NCBI GenBank assembly: GCA_045628045.1
Contig: JAZQOV010000006.1
Location: forward strand, 96,001 to 160,000
Source of the DNA: Bacilli bacterium
Lineage (GTDB): Bacteria > Bacillota_I > Bacilli_A > RFN20 > CAG-826
DNA length: 64,000 bases
Reading direction: 5' to 3'
Position numbers and translations under genes: made by a program. Position 1 is the first letter of the stretch. Each line of letters starts with the position of its first letter. The notes beneath the pieces were generated by a model. It did not search any database. It was not told the origin of the DNA and was given only the letters and a program-made list of their open reading frames with translations. Shown here one piece after another: positions 8,078 through 17,618 of this stretch.

Positions 8078-10685
8078 ATGGTGCAATAGAAGTTTGCGAT
8101 GAAAGAACCTTGTCTTGATTTAGAGTATCTAAATAAACTTCAAAATTGCTTAAATCAACAGTCTTGTTCGCTGCAATGGTTCCGTTTGCGTGAATAACTC
8201 TATAAGTTTTGCTATTTTCAGTGTCAACAATGTCATAAATAAGAAGTGAATTGTTGTCTTCAAAATAAACATTAATTCCTTGATTTGATCCTGCTCCTAA
8301 ATGCATTCCGTCAATATTTTGCTTAAATTTAAGCAATTTCTTATAGTTTTCAAAAATATCTAAGTTTTTAACTTTTAATGCATAGTTCAATTCGTTTGTT
8401 GCATAACTTGATTGATAAGAGTTGGAATCACCATTCTTAGTTCTTAAGAACTCTTCTCCTGCAAGCATAAATGTTGTGCCTTGAGAAGTAAAGACAAGTG
8501 AGTTAGCAAGCATTGCCATCTTTCTGACTGTCTCTTCATCTTTAGTTCCAGAAACCTTGATTCTATCGTATAAAGTATAATTATCGTGACATGTAACATA
8601 GTTAACGACTTTATTTGGATCACTAATCATCATTGAATCAGTCTTAACCATGCCTTTAATTCCTGCGACTAACTTATTAGCATCATTATCACTAATTTTG
8701 CTTGTGGCATTTGTAATCCAACCTTTAGAACTTCCTGAATTCATACCACCTTTGATTAAAGCATCGCGGAATTGGTCATTAAATGCGCCATAACCAACGT
8801 ATTTATTTCCATTAGCTTGCGCAGCGCTTAATGAAGAATTTAAACCAGATGTTCCACCAGTCCATGGTTCACCATAAATTACGATACCATCGAAGATTTT
8901 CTTTGCTTCTTCATTTACATATTGCATTGTGTCTAAATCATGAAGACCCATTAAGTCAAATCTAAATCCACCTAACTTATAAGTTTTTGCTAAAAAGCAA
9001 ACAGAATCCTTAATGAATTTTCTTGTCATTGCAAGTTCACTAGAGGTTTCGTTTCCGCAACCAGAACCATTGAATAAGGCTCCGTCTTGTGTGTATCTAA
9101 AATAATAACCAGGCATTAAAACATCAAAATTTGAACCTGATGCTCCTGAAACGTGGTTATAAACTACGTCCATAATTATGTTAATTCCTGCTTCGTTATA
9201 TTTTTGAACCAAAGTTCTAAATTCTTTAATTCTCTTATAACCGTCTTTTGCATCACTTGAATACATTCCCTCAAGTGTGTTGTAATTTAAAGGATTATAG
9301 CCCCAGTTAAATGTTTGACCTTTTTCATCATTATCTTGGTCGAAAACTGGCACTAATTGAACAGCATTTACGCCTAATTCTTTAATATGGTCAAATCCTG
9401 TCTTAACAGTAACACCATTTTCGGTGTAGGTTGTTCCTTCTTCATACATTCCAGCAAATTTAGCCTTGTTTGCAGCATTACCATTCCATGTTTTTGAAGA
9501 AGTAACGTCAGCAACATGAGTTTCATAAACAGTTAAAGCTTTACGATCGATGACATGTGGAGAAACTTCATCCCAACCTTCTGGTTTTGCCTCTTCACAT
9601 TCGAAGTCTACAATCATGCCTCTTTTACCGTTAATACCTGTACTTTGTGCGTAAGGATCAACAATCTCTTGATTAGAGAATTTTGAGTTAGTTACTACGT
9701 AAGTATAATATTTTCCGGCTAAATCTTCATTAACTGTGGCTTCAAAAACACCTTTTTCTCCTTTAACCATTTCAACTTCAAGATAAACAGTGTCATTACC
9801 AGTTCCGGAATAAACACTTTTTGGTGTTCCTGATTCATAAATTCTTAATAAAATTCTTGATGAAACTGGAGACCAAACTTTAAAGATTGATTTTTCTTTA
9901 GTGTAAGTAACTCCTAAATCATCACCATTATAGGCAAAAGCTTCGTCAAAGCTGCTTGTTTTATATAAAGCAGTGATCGAAACTTCATTTTCTTTTATTG
10001 TTCCATCAGCAAATGTAACTTTTACAGAATATGAATTATTTAAATCAGCCTTTGATTCACCTGCAAATGAAATAGTTGCTGTTTTAGCACTTGGATTTAC
10101 GTCCATTTCACTTATTAAAACTTTGTTTTCTAAAATTTCAACTTTGCTAAATGGTTGAGTAGCATTAACTGTTATTTTTGTATCTGATATAAAGTCAGCA
10201 CTTATAATGTTTGGCTCTTTATCGAGCGCTTCCGAAGTATAAATCATACGATCTCCTGATTTTAAATAAATGTGGTAAATATTGTTTTCATCTTTAGTAT
10301 ATTTACTAAATTCAACAAATCTGTCGCCATCTGGGTCTTTTTTTGACCATCCACCTTTGCTCTTAACAATAAAGCCAAGTTTAGTGACATTATTTCCGAA
10401 ATCTGATAGAGGATAAGCAGCAATTGCTCCTAATTCATCTTCTCCATTAAATAAGTATTCTTTTCCGTCCATTCCATCAGCCCAAAGCCATAGTGCCCAA
10501 GTAGAATATTTTTTATCTTCTCTCACATAATGGAATGAAATACTATCTTCATCATATTTTGGAGGATCAACGTATTCAGGAAGTGGTTCTTCTTGAGGTT
10601 TATCGATTGGTTGTTCTTGTCCACCTTTACAACCACTTATTACAAGGGTTGATAATAAACATAAAGTAAAATTTCTAAATTTCAT
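8052..10685 (-). CDS. pulA: Type I pullulanase lipoprotein (CBM41 + CBM48 + GH13_14)
   Basis: Lipobox ISGC; CBM41-like FHYVRED...WALWLW; FKVWSP; FNWGYNP (variant of YNWGYDP); FRFDLMG, YGEPW, CHDN catalytic regions; SD GGAGG. Confidence 0.93.
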   Translation of the reverse strand: MKFRNFTLCLLSTLVISGCKGGQEQPIDKPQEEPLPEYVDPPKYDEDSISFHYVREDKKYSTWALWLWADGMDGKEYLFNGEDELGAIAAYPLSDFGNNVTKLGFIVKSKGGWSKKDPDGDRFVEFSKYTKDENNIYHIYLKSGDRMIYTSEALDKEPNIISADFISDTKITVNATQPFSKVEILENKVLISEMDVNPSAKTATISFAGESKADLNNSYSVKVTFADGTIKENEVSITALYKTSSFDEAFAYNGDDLGVTYTKEKSIFKVWSPVSSRILLRIYESGTPKSVYSGTGNDTVYLEVEMVKGEKGVFEATVNEDLAGKYYTYVVTNSKFSNQEIVDPYAQSTGINGKRGMIVDFECEEAKPEGWDEVSPHVIDRKALTVYETHVADVTSSKTWNGNAANKAKFAGMYEEGTTYTENGVTVKTGFDHIKELGVNAVQLVPVFDQDNDEKGQTFNWGYNPLNYNTLEGMYSSDAKDGYKRIKEFRTLVQKYNEAGINIIMDVVYNHVSGASGSNFDVLMPGYYFRYTQDGALFNGSGCGNETSSELAMTRKFIKDSVCFLAKTYKLGGFRFDLMGLHDLDTMQYVNEEAKKIFDGIVIYGEPWTGGTSGLNSSLSAAQANGNKYVGYGAFNDQFRDALIKGGMNSGSSKGWITNATSKISDNDANKLVAGIKGMVKTDSMMISDPNKVVNYVTCHDNYTLYDRIKVSGTKDEETVRKMAMLANSLVFTSQGTTFMLAGEEFLRTKNGDSNSYQSSYATNELNYALKVKNLDIFENYKKLLKFKQNIDGMHLGAGSNQGINVYFEDNNSLLIYDIVDTENSKTYRVIHANGTIAANKTVDLSNFEVYLDTLNQDKVLSSQTSIAPYETIIAVK

Positions 10686-10703
10686 AAGTCCTCCAATATA
10701 AAT

Positions 10704-10739
10704 AAAAAAGCATATGCTAATTATAGCACATGCCTTTTT
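10704..10739 (-). terminator. Intrinsic terminator of the CBM lipoprotein gene; overlaps an extended -10
   Basis: Minus strand GCATGTGCTA-TAAT-TAGCATATGC-TTTTTT; contains TGcTATAAT. Confidence 0.75.
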
Positions 10740-10760
10740 ATAATTAAATTTTTCTTACGA

Positions 10761-11639
10761 TTATAAAACGAATGATGTTGTATCGCCAAGAAGAACGTCG
10801 ACTTCTCCGCCTTCGTTTAAATCAGTAACGGTGATTGATAAGTTTCCACCACCAACTGCTTCGTTAGCAGCTGATTTGTGAGCCCATGTTAATCCTTCAA
10901 CGCCTTCTTCTTCAGCGAGTAATTGGAATTCATAGGTGTCTGCATAAATGCTTTCAAATGTGATTGACCATTTTGTTCTATCTTCATTTGGTGACATTAA
11001 TGAGTTATCAAAACCCCATCCTTGGTGTGAGCCTGCCATGTGGACATTGTATCCTGCTGGAAGTGCTTCTGATAATGTTACAAAGAATGTAACGTTTGCA
11101 AGTGGTGCAGCTGGTGCAAGAACTTGTGTTGACCATCTTTGTGAACCTAAATCAATCTTTTGTGCAACACCATCCCATTCAAAACTTGGGTTTGATGTTC
11201 CTGTTGTTGTTTGATCTGCTTTGTAAGCATCGTTCCATTGAAGTCCTAATTTTGAAGCAGCCATATTTGATGATTCATTATAGCCAAGGACTAATTGATA
11301 GTCGTATGCTCCAGAATCGGCATTGATCCAAGAACTTGGATCTTCAGGTGTGTCAATTTGGACATAGTAGATTCTAGTTTCGCCTAATTTGGTGAAAACT
11401 GGAGCTCCTAATCCTGTTGTCCAGTTAGTCATAACACCTGCTAAGTAAATAGAAGCGTAATCGGCTGGCACAACTGAGTCTTCAGCCATTTCAAAGTAAA
11501 GTGTTGTTTTACCTTCTGCTACTGGCACGACAACATCATCTGCTGGTGATGGTGCTGGTGTTGGTTTCTCTTTTGCTGGACCACAAGCAACAAGTGCGAG
11601 TGCAGCGAATAAAGCTGAAGCTGCAATAGTTTTTTTCAT
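10761..11639 (-). CDS. Non-catalytic starch-binding lipoprotein with two CBM20/SusE-like modules
   Basis: Lipobox LVAC and Pro-rich linker PTPAPSPA. Two repeats of the xAGxxxxW...Y(D/E)(Y/F)QL pattern (IYLAGVMTNW; VTFFVT...VHMAGSHQGW...KWSITF...TYEFQ). No GH catalytic motifs. Confidence 0.65.
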   Translation of the reverse strand: MKKTIAASALFAALALVACGPAKEKPTPAPSPADDVVVPVAEGKTTLYFEMAEDSVVPADYASIYLAGVMTNWTTGLGAPVFTKLGETRIYYVQIDTPEDPSSWINADSGAYDYQLVLGYNESSNMAASKLGLQWNDAYKADQTTTGTSNPSFEWDGVAQKIDLGSQRWSTQVLAPAAPLANVTFFVTLSEALPAGYNVHMAGSHQGWGFDNSLMSPNEDRTKWSITFESIYADTYEFQLLAEEEGVEGLTWAHKSAANEAVGGGNLSITVTDLNEGGEVDVLLGDTTSFVL

Positions 11640-11704
11640 TTCTTTTCCTCCGTATAAAAATTAAATGAAATAAATTTGTTTAAAGAGTAGGCCGTCGATT
11701 AAGT

Positions 11705-11762
11705 AATAAGTGCTTACAATTTAAACTATTTAAATTATAGAACTACCATTATATATTGTCAA
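11705..11762 (-). promoter_or_regulatory. Perfect-consensus sigmaA promoter with downstream cre-like site
   Basis: Minus strand TTGACA (11757-11762)-17 nt-TATAAT (11734-11739), then TGTAAGCACTTATT (11705-11718), resembling cre TGWAARCGYTWNCA. Confidence 0.85.
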
Positions 11763-11772
11763 TGAGCTTGAG

Positions 11773-11797
11773 AAAAAACAATTAGATTAATCTAATC
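11773..11797 (-). terminator. Terminator of the glgB-cotH operon
   Basis: Perfect palindrome ATTAGATTAATCTAAT (11781-11796), followed on the minus strand by TGTTTTTT. Confidence 0.6.
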
Positions 11798-13289
11798 AAA
11801 ATAATGACATCATATCAGAATAATCAAGGTTTTCAGTGGATGGAGAAACTTTAAGTTTTTCTTCACAATATGTTTTAAAGAGTAAATTTCCGTTTCGATT
11901 TGACTTAGAAACATCCTTATTTACAAGTGGAAATTGGTTTGTAAACTCTTGGAATTTTTGAACATCCAAATATTTATGAGCGTAATGGTAACAATAAGCT
12001 TCGTAACGTGATTTGTATTCACTAAACAGTGAATATTTTTTTGAGGAACCAGACGACCCTTCAATAATTGCTCTGTAAAATAATGGGTTAACTTGTTCGT
12101 CACTACTAACGATATTTTTGCTTGAAGAATACCAATAATTTTCAGTGTGTATTTCCCAATCTTTTAAAATACCAAAACATCTGTCTAAATCATATTGAAA
12201 TGCAACCATTTTGTTAGTGTCGCTTCTAAAATAAAGATAGTAGTTGTTATAGTTATTTCTCATGTCATCTGGATTACCTATAACCCAACTTAAAGCAGAG
12301 AATCTAATAAATTCATCAACATCCAAAATTTCTTCTAAAGTATCTTTAAATTCTTCTGCAGGACGTTTATCGTCATTAATAATATTAATGAAATTCTCTA
12401 GCAATGAATGGTCTGGTTCTTTATCGTTGGTTTTTAAATCATAAACTGGAGTCCATGATGGAGTTTCAATTCCAACATAATTAAATGAATTTTTTGTTAG
12501 GTCTGCAGGTGAATTCTTATAAGCGCATTTATATAAATTTCCTAATGCTTGATCTTCTTCAAAATGATTAAGCAAAAATGTCTCATCCACCGCTTCCATC
12601 ATGTCAGTTAAAAATGTGACTTGATCTTTTTCGTTTTTAATTGTCATTTTTACAATGTTATCTTTTTGTGAAGGAATTCCTTCTTCTTCATAAATATAAG
12701 ATGCATATGCAGCACGCGTAAAAGTATAATCAAAGTTTTTGTTCCACTTTAAATCAATCTTCTTTTGGCCACCAAGACGTCTATTTTTACGTTCTTTTTT
12801 TGCATCTTTACTTTCCCATTCACGAATGTAGTAATCGTTATCTTCTTCGTCATCAAAAGTTTGGTTAAATGAAAGCTTTAAATTTAGAAACCAACCTTTG
12901 TTTAAAGTGTCATCATCAAAAACAAAACCATTTGTACGTGAAGTATTTCCTTTCATTCTTGCTCCGACTTCATCATAAACAAATGTTTCGTCATTTATTT
13001 TTAAAGTCATTTGGCAAGGATGATACATGTCTCTTTGAATTGTATAGACATTTCCATATTCTTGAAGTTTTCTAAGTGATTCGTTTGAAAAATCCAAAAC
13101 AATTTCTATCTTATTTTTACGATTGTACAATTTATTGTACATTTCATCTTCGTTTTGCAAAGAGTAACGAGAAACTTCAAAAGTAACAGGGTTCACCACC
13201 ACATTTGAATTTCCGCCTGTAGATGTTGTTCTACATGCAGTAAGAAGCGGAAATAAAACTAGTAACGATAACGATTTTTTCTTATTCAT
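11796..13289 (-). CDS. CotH-family (atypical kinase) lipoprotein
   Basis: Lipobox LTAC; VGARMKGNTSR, lKLSFN, lYKC, iGNPDDMRNNYNNYYLY and FQYDLDRCFG match the CotH kinase core (KGNxS, NxD...NNYYLY, xDxDxxFG). Confidence 0.85.
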   Translation of the reverse strand: MNKKKSLSLLVLFPLLTACRTTSTGGNSNVVVNPVTFEVSRYSLQNEDEMYNKLYNRKNKIEIVLDFSNESLRKLQEYGNVYTIQRDMYHPCQMTLKINDETFVYDEVGARMKGNTSRTNGFVFDDDTLNKGWFLNLKLSFNQTFDDEEDNDYYIREWESKDAKKERKNRRLGGQKKIDLKWNKNFDYTFTRAAYASYIYEEEGIPSQKDNIVKMTIKNEKDQVTFLTDMMEAVDETFLLNHFEEDQALGNLYKCAYKNSPADLTKNSFNYVGIETPSWTPVYDLKTNDKEPDHSLLENFINIINDDKRPAEEFKDTLEEILDVDEFIRFSALSWVIGNPDDMRNNYNNYYLYFRSDTNKMVAFQYDLDRCFGILKDWEIHTENYWYSSSKNIVSSDEQVNPLFYRAIIEGSSGSSKKYSLFSEYKSRYEAYCYHYAHKYLDVQKFQEFTNQFPLVNKDVSKSNRNGNLLFKTYCEEKLKVSPSTENLDYSDMMSLF

Positions 13290-14703
13290 TTAAAATTCTT
13301 CCTAATTCTTTATCAAAGGTTTTAAGTTCAGTTAATTTAAAAGTCCAGTTAACGTCATTAATAATGCCTGGAATGTTCATTCTGTGAGTGCGGTCAACAT
13401 TTAAAATATCAGAAGCATTAATGATAATGTAGTTCTCTTTTCTACGCAAAGCGTAGTGAATAAGTTTTTCAACCAAATTATTGCCTGGAAGACCAAGTTC
13501 TCCAAATCTCCAATTAAGTTGATTTCTTTCTTCTTCAGTTCTATTTTCGCACCACTCATTAAGTGTTTCGTTGTCATGAGTAGATGTGTAATAAAGCATG
13601 TTTTCTTTTTCGAAATGTCTATTTTGAATTTCATCTTCAAAAATTGTGAATTCAATTTCTCTCATGCCAGGAAGATTAAAGTAATCTCTAAGTTGGAGAA
13701 CTTCTGGACGTAAATCGCCTAAATCTTCTACAACAATGTTAATATTTGGGTAAACTTCATAAAGTCTTCTGAAGAAGCCATAACCATCTGGATAACGCCA
13801 CTCACCTTCTCTAGCAGTCGGACACGTTGGAACAATTGCCCAATAAGAATCGAATGCTCTAAAGTGATCAATACGAATAATGTCAAAGAAGGTAGAAGCA
13901 AAACCAATACGATCAACTAAAGTCTTAAATTTTGTTTCGTAAAGATGTTCCCAATTAAAAATTGGATTGCCCCATCTTTGGCCGTCTTCGCTAAAGTAAT
14001 CTGGAGGCACACCAGCGATACAAGTTGGTTTATCATGATCATCAAGATAGTAACATTCTTTGTGGTAATAAACATCGCTGCTATCGTAGCCAACATAGAA
14101 TGGAACATCGCCCATGATTTCAATACCGTTTTTATTTGCAAATTTACGAATGTCATTCCATTCTTCTGACATAATCATTTGAGCAAATGCGTGTTTATGG
14201 TAATTATATTCATAATCACCAGGTCTATCTTTTTCAAAAACTGTCCAGTTATCCCATGATACTGAATTATTAAATTCTTTTAGGGTAATAAATTTAGAGA
14301 ATTCAGTGACGTAAGGATTATCTTTTATGAATTTTTCAAGCTTAGCCATGTTCTCTTTATTTTTGGAGAATTTTTCGTAAGCATGATAAATAGCTTTTTC
14401 TTTAATTTTGCGAGCTTCTTCGTAGTCAGATTTATCTTTCTGAGGAAGGCCTTTATATTCAGAAATTAATTCTCTTTTTTTAAGGTCTTCAAGTGAAATA
14501 TAAATTTCATCAAAAGCATAAGATGAAAATGGTTGATATGGACTATGTCCATAACCAATTGGATTTAATGGCAAAATTTGCCAAATATTCATCTTATTCT
14601 TTGCTAAAATTTTGATGAAATCTTTTGCTTCTTTTCCAAAGTCACCAACTCCATATTTTCCAGGGAGAGATGAAACAGCAAGTAGAACACCTTTTTTCTG
14701 CAT
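13282..14703 (-). CDS. malQ: 4-alpha-glucanotransferase (amylomaltase, GH77)
   Basis: WQILPLNP, SPYQ, GVPPDYFSEDGQRWGNP, RIDHFR, EDLG, THDN, RMNIPG. Confidence 0.96.
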   Translation of the reverse strand: MQKKGVLLAVSSLPGKYGVGDFGKEAKDFIKILAKNKMNIWQILPLNPIGYGHSPYQPFSSYAFDEIYISLEDLKKRELISEYKGLPQKDKSDYEEARKIKEKAIYHAYEKFSKNKENMAKLEKFIKDNPYVTEFSKFITLKEFNNSVSWDNWTVFEKDRPGDYEYNYHKHAFAQMIMSEEWNDIRKFANKNGIEIMGDVPFYVGYDSSDVYYHKECYYLDDHDKPTCIAGVPPDYFSEDGQRWGNPIFNWEHLYETKFKTLVDRIGFASTFFDIIRIDHFRAFDSYWAIVPTCPTAREGEWRYPDGYGFFRRLYEVYPNINIVVEDLGDLRPEVLQLRDYFNLPGMREIEFTIFEDEIQNRHFEKENMLYYTSTHDNETLNEWCENRTEEERNQLNWRFGELGLPGNNLVEKLIHYALRRKENYIIINASDILNVDRTHRMNIPGIINDVNWTFKLTELKTFDKELGRILNE

Positions 14704-14714
14704 ATTTTTAACCT

Positions 14715-15209
14715 CTAATAATTAGTTTCTTGACGTTTATAATTAACAGATAATTTTGTTTTATAAGAAGAAATAATATCTTCACTAGACATGCCTAAAC
14801 TTGGAGTCAAATTTAGAAATGTTTGAAATGCTTTCTCGTAAGTTTTTAAATTGTAATGTTTTTGCAATGCAATTACTTGTTTATAAAGTTTATGAATTTG
14901 AAGTGTTAATTCTTCTTTTTGTTCTTTGATTTCGTAAACGAATTTCTTTGCTTCTAAAGGAATTCCAAGCGAGAGCAAAAAATGAAGTCCGTCCGCAAAT
15001 TCATCCATCACTATTTCTTTTGCAGAAGGTCCTTTATTTGACCAATATTTGAAACATCTTGTCTCATTAGCGAGTTCACCAATTTCAACAATTAAAGCGA
15101 GCAAACGTTTATCATGTGTAGACTTATACGAAACATGATGATTGTCTGCAATCTCTTTATCAAGCTTTGCTTGAAGAGAATAAAGTTCTTCTAAATTTAC
15201 ACTATTCAT
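14715..15209 (-). CDS. dut: Dimeric (all-alpha) dUTP diphosphatase
   Basis: LQAKLD, VEIGELANETRCFKYWS, EFADGLHF and C-terminal NYKRQETNY, typical of the dUTPase_2 family. Confidence 0.88.
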   Translation of the reverse strand: MNSVNLEELYSLQAKLDKEIADNHHVSYKSTHDKRLLALIVEIGELANETRCFKYWSNKGPSAKEIVMDEFADGLHFLLSLGIPLEAKKFVYEIKEQKEELTLQIHKLYKQVIALQKHYNLKTYEKAFQTFLNLTPSLGMSSEDIISSYKTKLSVNYKRQETNY

Positions 15210-17610
15210 TTACTTTTCCTAAGTGCCAAATATCGCGAATGTATTCTCTAATTGTTCTATCACTTGTGAAGAATCCACTCATTGCGACGTTATTTAAGCA
15301 CATCTCAGCCCATTTGGTTTTGTTTTGATACATTTGAGAAATATATTCTTGAGCTTTTACATAACTTTCCAAATCTTTTAAAACAAAGAAGTAGTCGTTA
15401 TTATTAATAAGTTCATCAAAAATCATTTGATATTGATCTGGTTTTGTAACCCATGGTCCATTAAGTAAAGAATCAATAACATTTTTCACTATGCATGAAG
15501 AATTATATTGTTCTCTGGCGTTATAACCACCTTTAGCGTAGTAATCTAAAACTTGGTTTGAAGTAAGACCAAAAATTACAATATTTTCCTTACCTACCAA
15601 GTCACAAATTTCAACGTTTGCACCATCGAGTGTTCCTAAAGTAACAGAACCGTTCATCATAAACTTCATATTTGAAGTTCCACTAGCTTCTTTAGAAGCA
15701 GTTGAAATTTGTTCACTAACATCAGCGGCAGGAATAATCTTTTCTGCAAGGCTAACACCATAGTTTTCAACAAATACGACTTTCATGTATTTTGAAATCT
15801 CTGGATCGTTGTTTACAACATTGGCAACGCAGCAAATTAAATTAATAACTTTCTTGGCAAAAGCATAGCTTGGAGCAGCTTTAGCACCAAAAATATAAGT
15901 ATGAGGATAAATTCTATAAGTTGGGTCGCTCTTCATACGATTATATTGATACATAACATTAAAAATGTTCATGAGCTGGCGTTTGTAAGCGTGAAGGCGT
16001 TTTACTTGGACATCGAAAATTGAGTTAACATCAAGTTCGATTCCCATTTTTTTATAGATATAATCCGCAAATTCTTGTTTCTTTGTTTGTTTGATTTCAA
16101 GGAATTTATCTTGGACATCTTTATCTTTTGTAAATTCCTTAAAATCTTTAAGCTTATTTTCCATATCCAAAATCCAAGAATCGCCAATTTTACTTGTAAT
16201 TAAATTAGCGAGTTCTGGGTTTGAATAAAGTAACCATCTACGATGGGTAACACCATTTGTTTTGTTATTAAACTTATCTGGATAAAGAGAATAGAAACCT
16301 TTAAATGTTTCTTTTTTTAGAATTTCAGTGTGAAGCGCTGCAACCCCATTTACCGAGAAAGAAGCATAAATTGCAAGATTTGCCATATAAACAAGTCCAT
16401 CTTTCAAAATTCTTACTTCTTGAGCAACGTCGCTTGAAACATTTTTCTTTGCAAGTTCTTCATTAAATCTGCGATCAAGTTCCTCAATAATCATTAAGCA
16501 ACGAGGAGAAACTTCTCTAATAAATCCAGTTGACCACTTTTCAAGTGCTTCTTGCATGATTGTGTGGTTAGTGAATGCAACTGTTTTTTGAACAACGTTC
16601 CAAGCATCATCCCAACCATAACCATAGTTATCCATCATAAGTCTCATGAGCTCTGGAATTAAGATAACTGGGTGAGTGTCATTAAGTTGGAATACATAGT
16701 ATTCATCTAAGTTTAGAAGGGTTTTGAATCTTCTATAATGACCTCTTAAAATTGATTGAAGTCCACTTGAAACAAAGAAATATTGTTGTCTAAGTCTAAG
16801 AAGCTTGCCTTTTTCATTTGAATCATCTGGATAAAGACCATGTGAAAGTTCTTTAAGACGATTAAGGTATTCTTCAAATTCCATTCCTTTTGGAAGGTTA
16901 AGTTCACTAGGTTCCGCAGACCAAAGTCTTAATGTGTTAACAACCTTATTTTTGTAACCAATGATTGAAACATCATACGGAACAGCCTTAACATGAACTG
17001 TGTTTACAGTTCTAAGACCAAACGAACCATCTTTTTTTAGATAAGATTCTGGATTACCACCGAATTGAACTTCAACAGCATGTTTTGGTTTTCTTACTTC
17101 AAAACTAAAGCCATTAGTGAGCCATTGATCTGGAACTTCGAATTGTCTATCTTTCTCAATAATTTGTCTAAAGAATCCATATTCATATCTAATGCAGTTT
17201 CCAATAACTGGGTAACCTAAAGATGAAATAGAATCAAGGAAACATGCGGCAAGTCTTCCAAGGCCACCATTTCCAAGTCCTGCATCGCTTTCTTGTTCTT
17301 CTAAATTGTGAATATTTAAGCCTAGTTCTTCAAGACCTTGTTTTGCAACATCATAAATTCCAAGGTTTTGCATATTGTTGATTAAAAGTCGACCAATAAG
17401 GAATTCCATTGAGAAATAAACAACTTGTTTTTTATGTCCTTCAATGACTTTATCTTTAGTTTCACGCCAATATTTTCCGGCGTAGTCTCTAACCATTTCT
17501 CCTAAAATGTCATATTGCTCAAAAATATGAGAATCAGGAACATCATTTCCATACTTTTCCTCAAGTCTTTTTAGGAATTCTTTTTTGAAATTTTCTTTTG
17601 AACTAAACAT
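15202..17610 (-). CDS. glgP: Glycogen/maltodextrin phosphorylase (GT35)
   Basis: SMEFLIGR, GLGNGGLGRLAACF, QLNDTHP, KRLHAYKRQ and PLP site EASGTSNMKFMMNG. Confidence 0.97.
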   Translation of the reverse strand: MFSSKENFKKEFLKRLEEKYGNDVPDSHIFEQYDILGEMVRDYAGKYWRETKDKVIEGHKKQVVYFSMEFLIGRLLINNMQNLGIYDVAKQGLEELGLNIHNLEEQESDAGLGNGGLGRLAACFLDSISSLGYPVIGNCIRYEYGFFRQIIEKDRQFEVPDQWLTNGFSFEVRKPKHAVEVQFGGNPESYLKKDGSFGLRTVNTVHVKAVPYDVSIIGYKNKVVNTLRLWSAEPSELNLPKGMEFEEYLNRLKELSHGLYPDDSNEKGKLLRLRQQYFFVSSGLQSILRGHYRRFKTLLNLDEYYVFQLNDTHPVILIPELMRLMMDNYGYGWDDAWNVVQKTVAFTNHTIMQEALEKWSTGFIREVSPRCLMIIEELDRRFNEELAKKNVSSDVAQEVRILKDGLVYMANLAIYASFSVNGVAALHTEILKKETFKGFYSLYPDKFNNKTNGVTHRRWLLYSNPELANLITSKIGDSWILDMENKLKDFKEFTKDKDVQDKFLEIKQTKKQEFADYIYKKMGIELDVNSIFDVQVKRLHAYKRQLMNIFNVMYQYNRMKSDPTYRIYPHTYIFGAKAAPSYAFAKKVINLICCVANVVNNDPEISKYMKVVFVENYGVSLAEKIIPAADVSEQISTASKEASGTSNMKFMMNGSVTLGTLDGANVEICDLVGKENIVIFGLTSNQVLDYYAKGGYNAREQYNSSCIVKNVIDSLLNGPWVTKPDQYQMIFDELINNNDYFFVLKDLESYVKAQEYISQMYQNKTKWAEMCLNNVAMSGFFTSDRTIREYIRDIWHLGKVNE

Positions 17611-17618
17611 AATACTAC

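Noticed and set aside
11796-13289. Spore-coat role for CotH
   Set aside because: It has a lipoprotein signal, no cotB/cotG neighbours and no sporulation genes in the window. CotH-family domains are widespread in non-sporulators.
14715-15209. Prophage remnant suggested by the dimeric dUTPase
   Set aside because: No integrase, phage genes or att-like repeats; the gene is coupled within a host operon.
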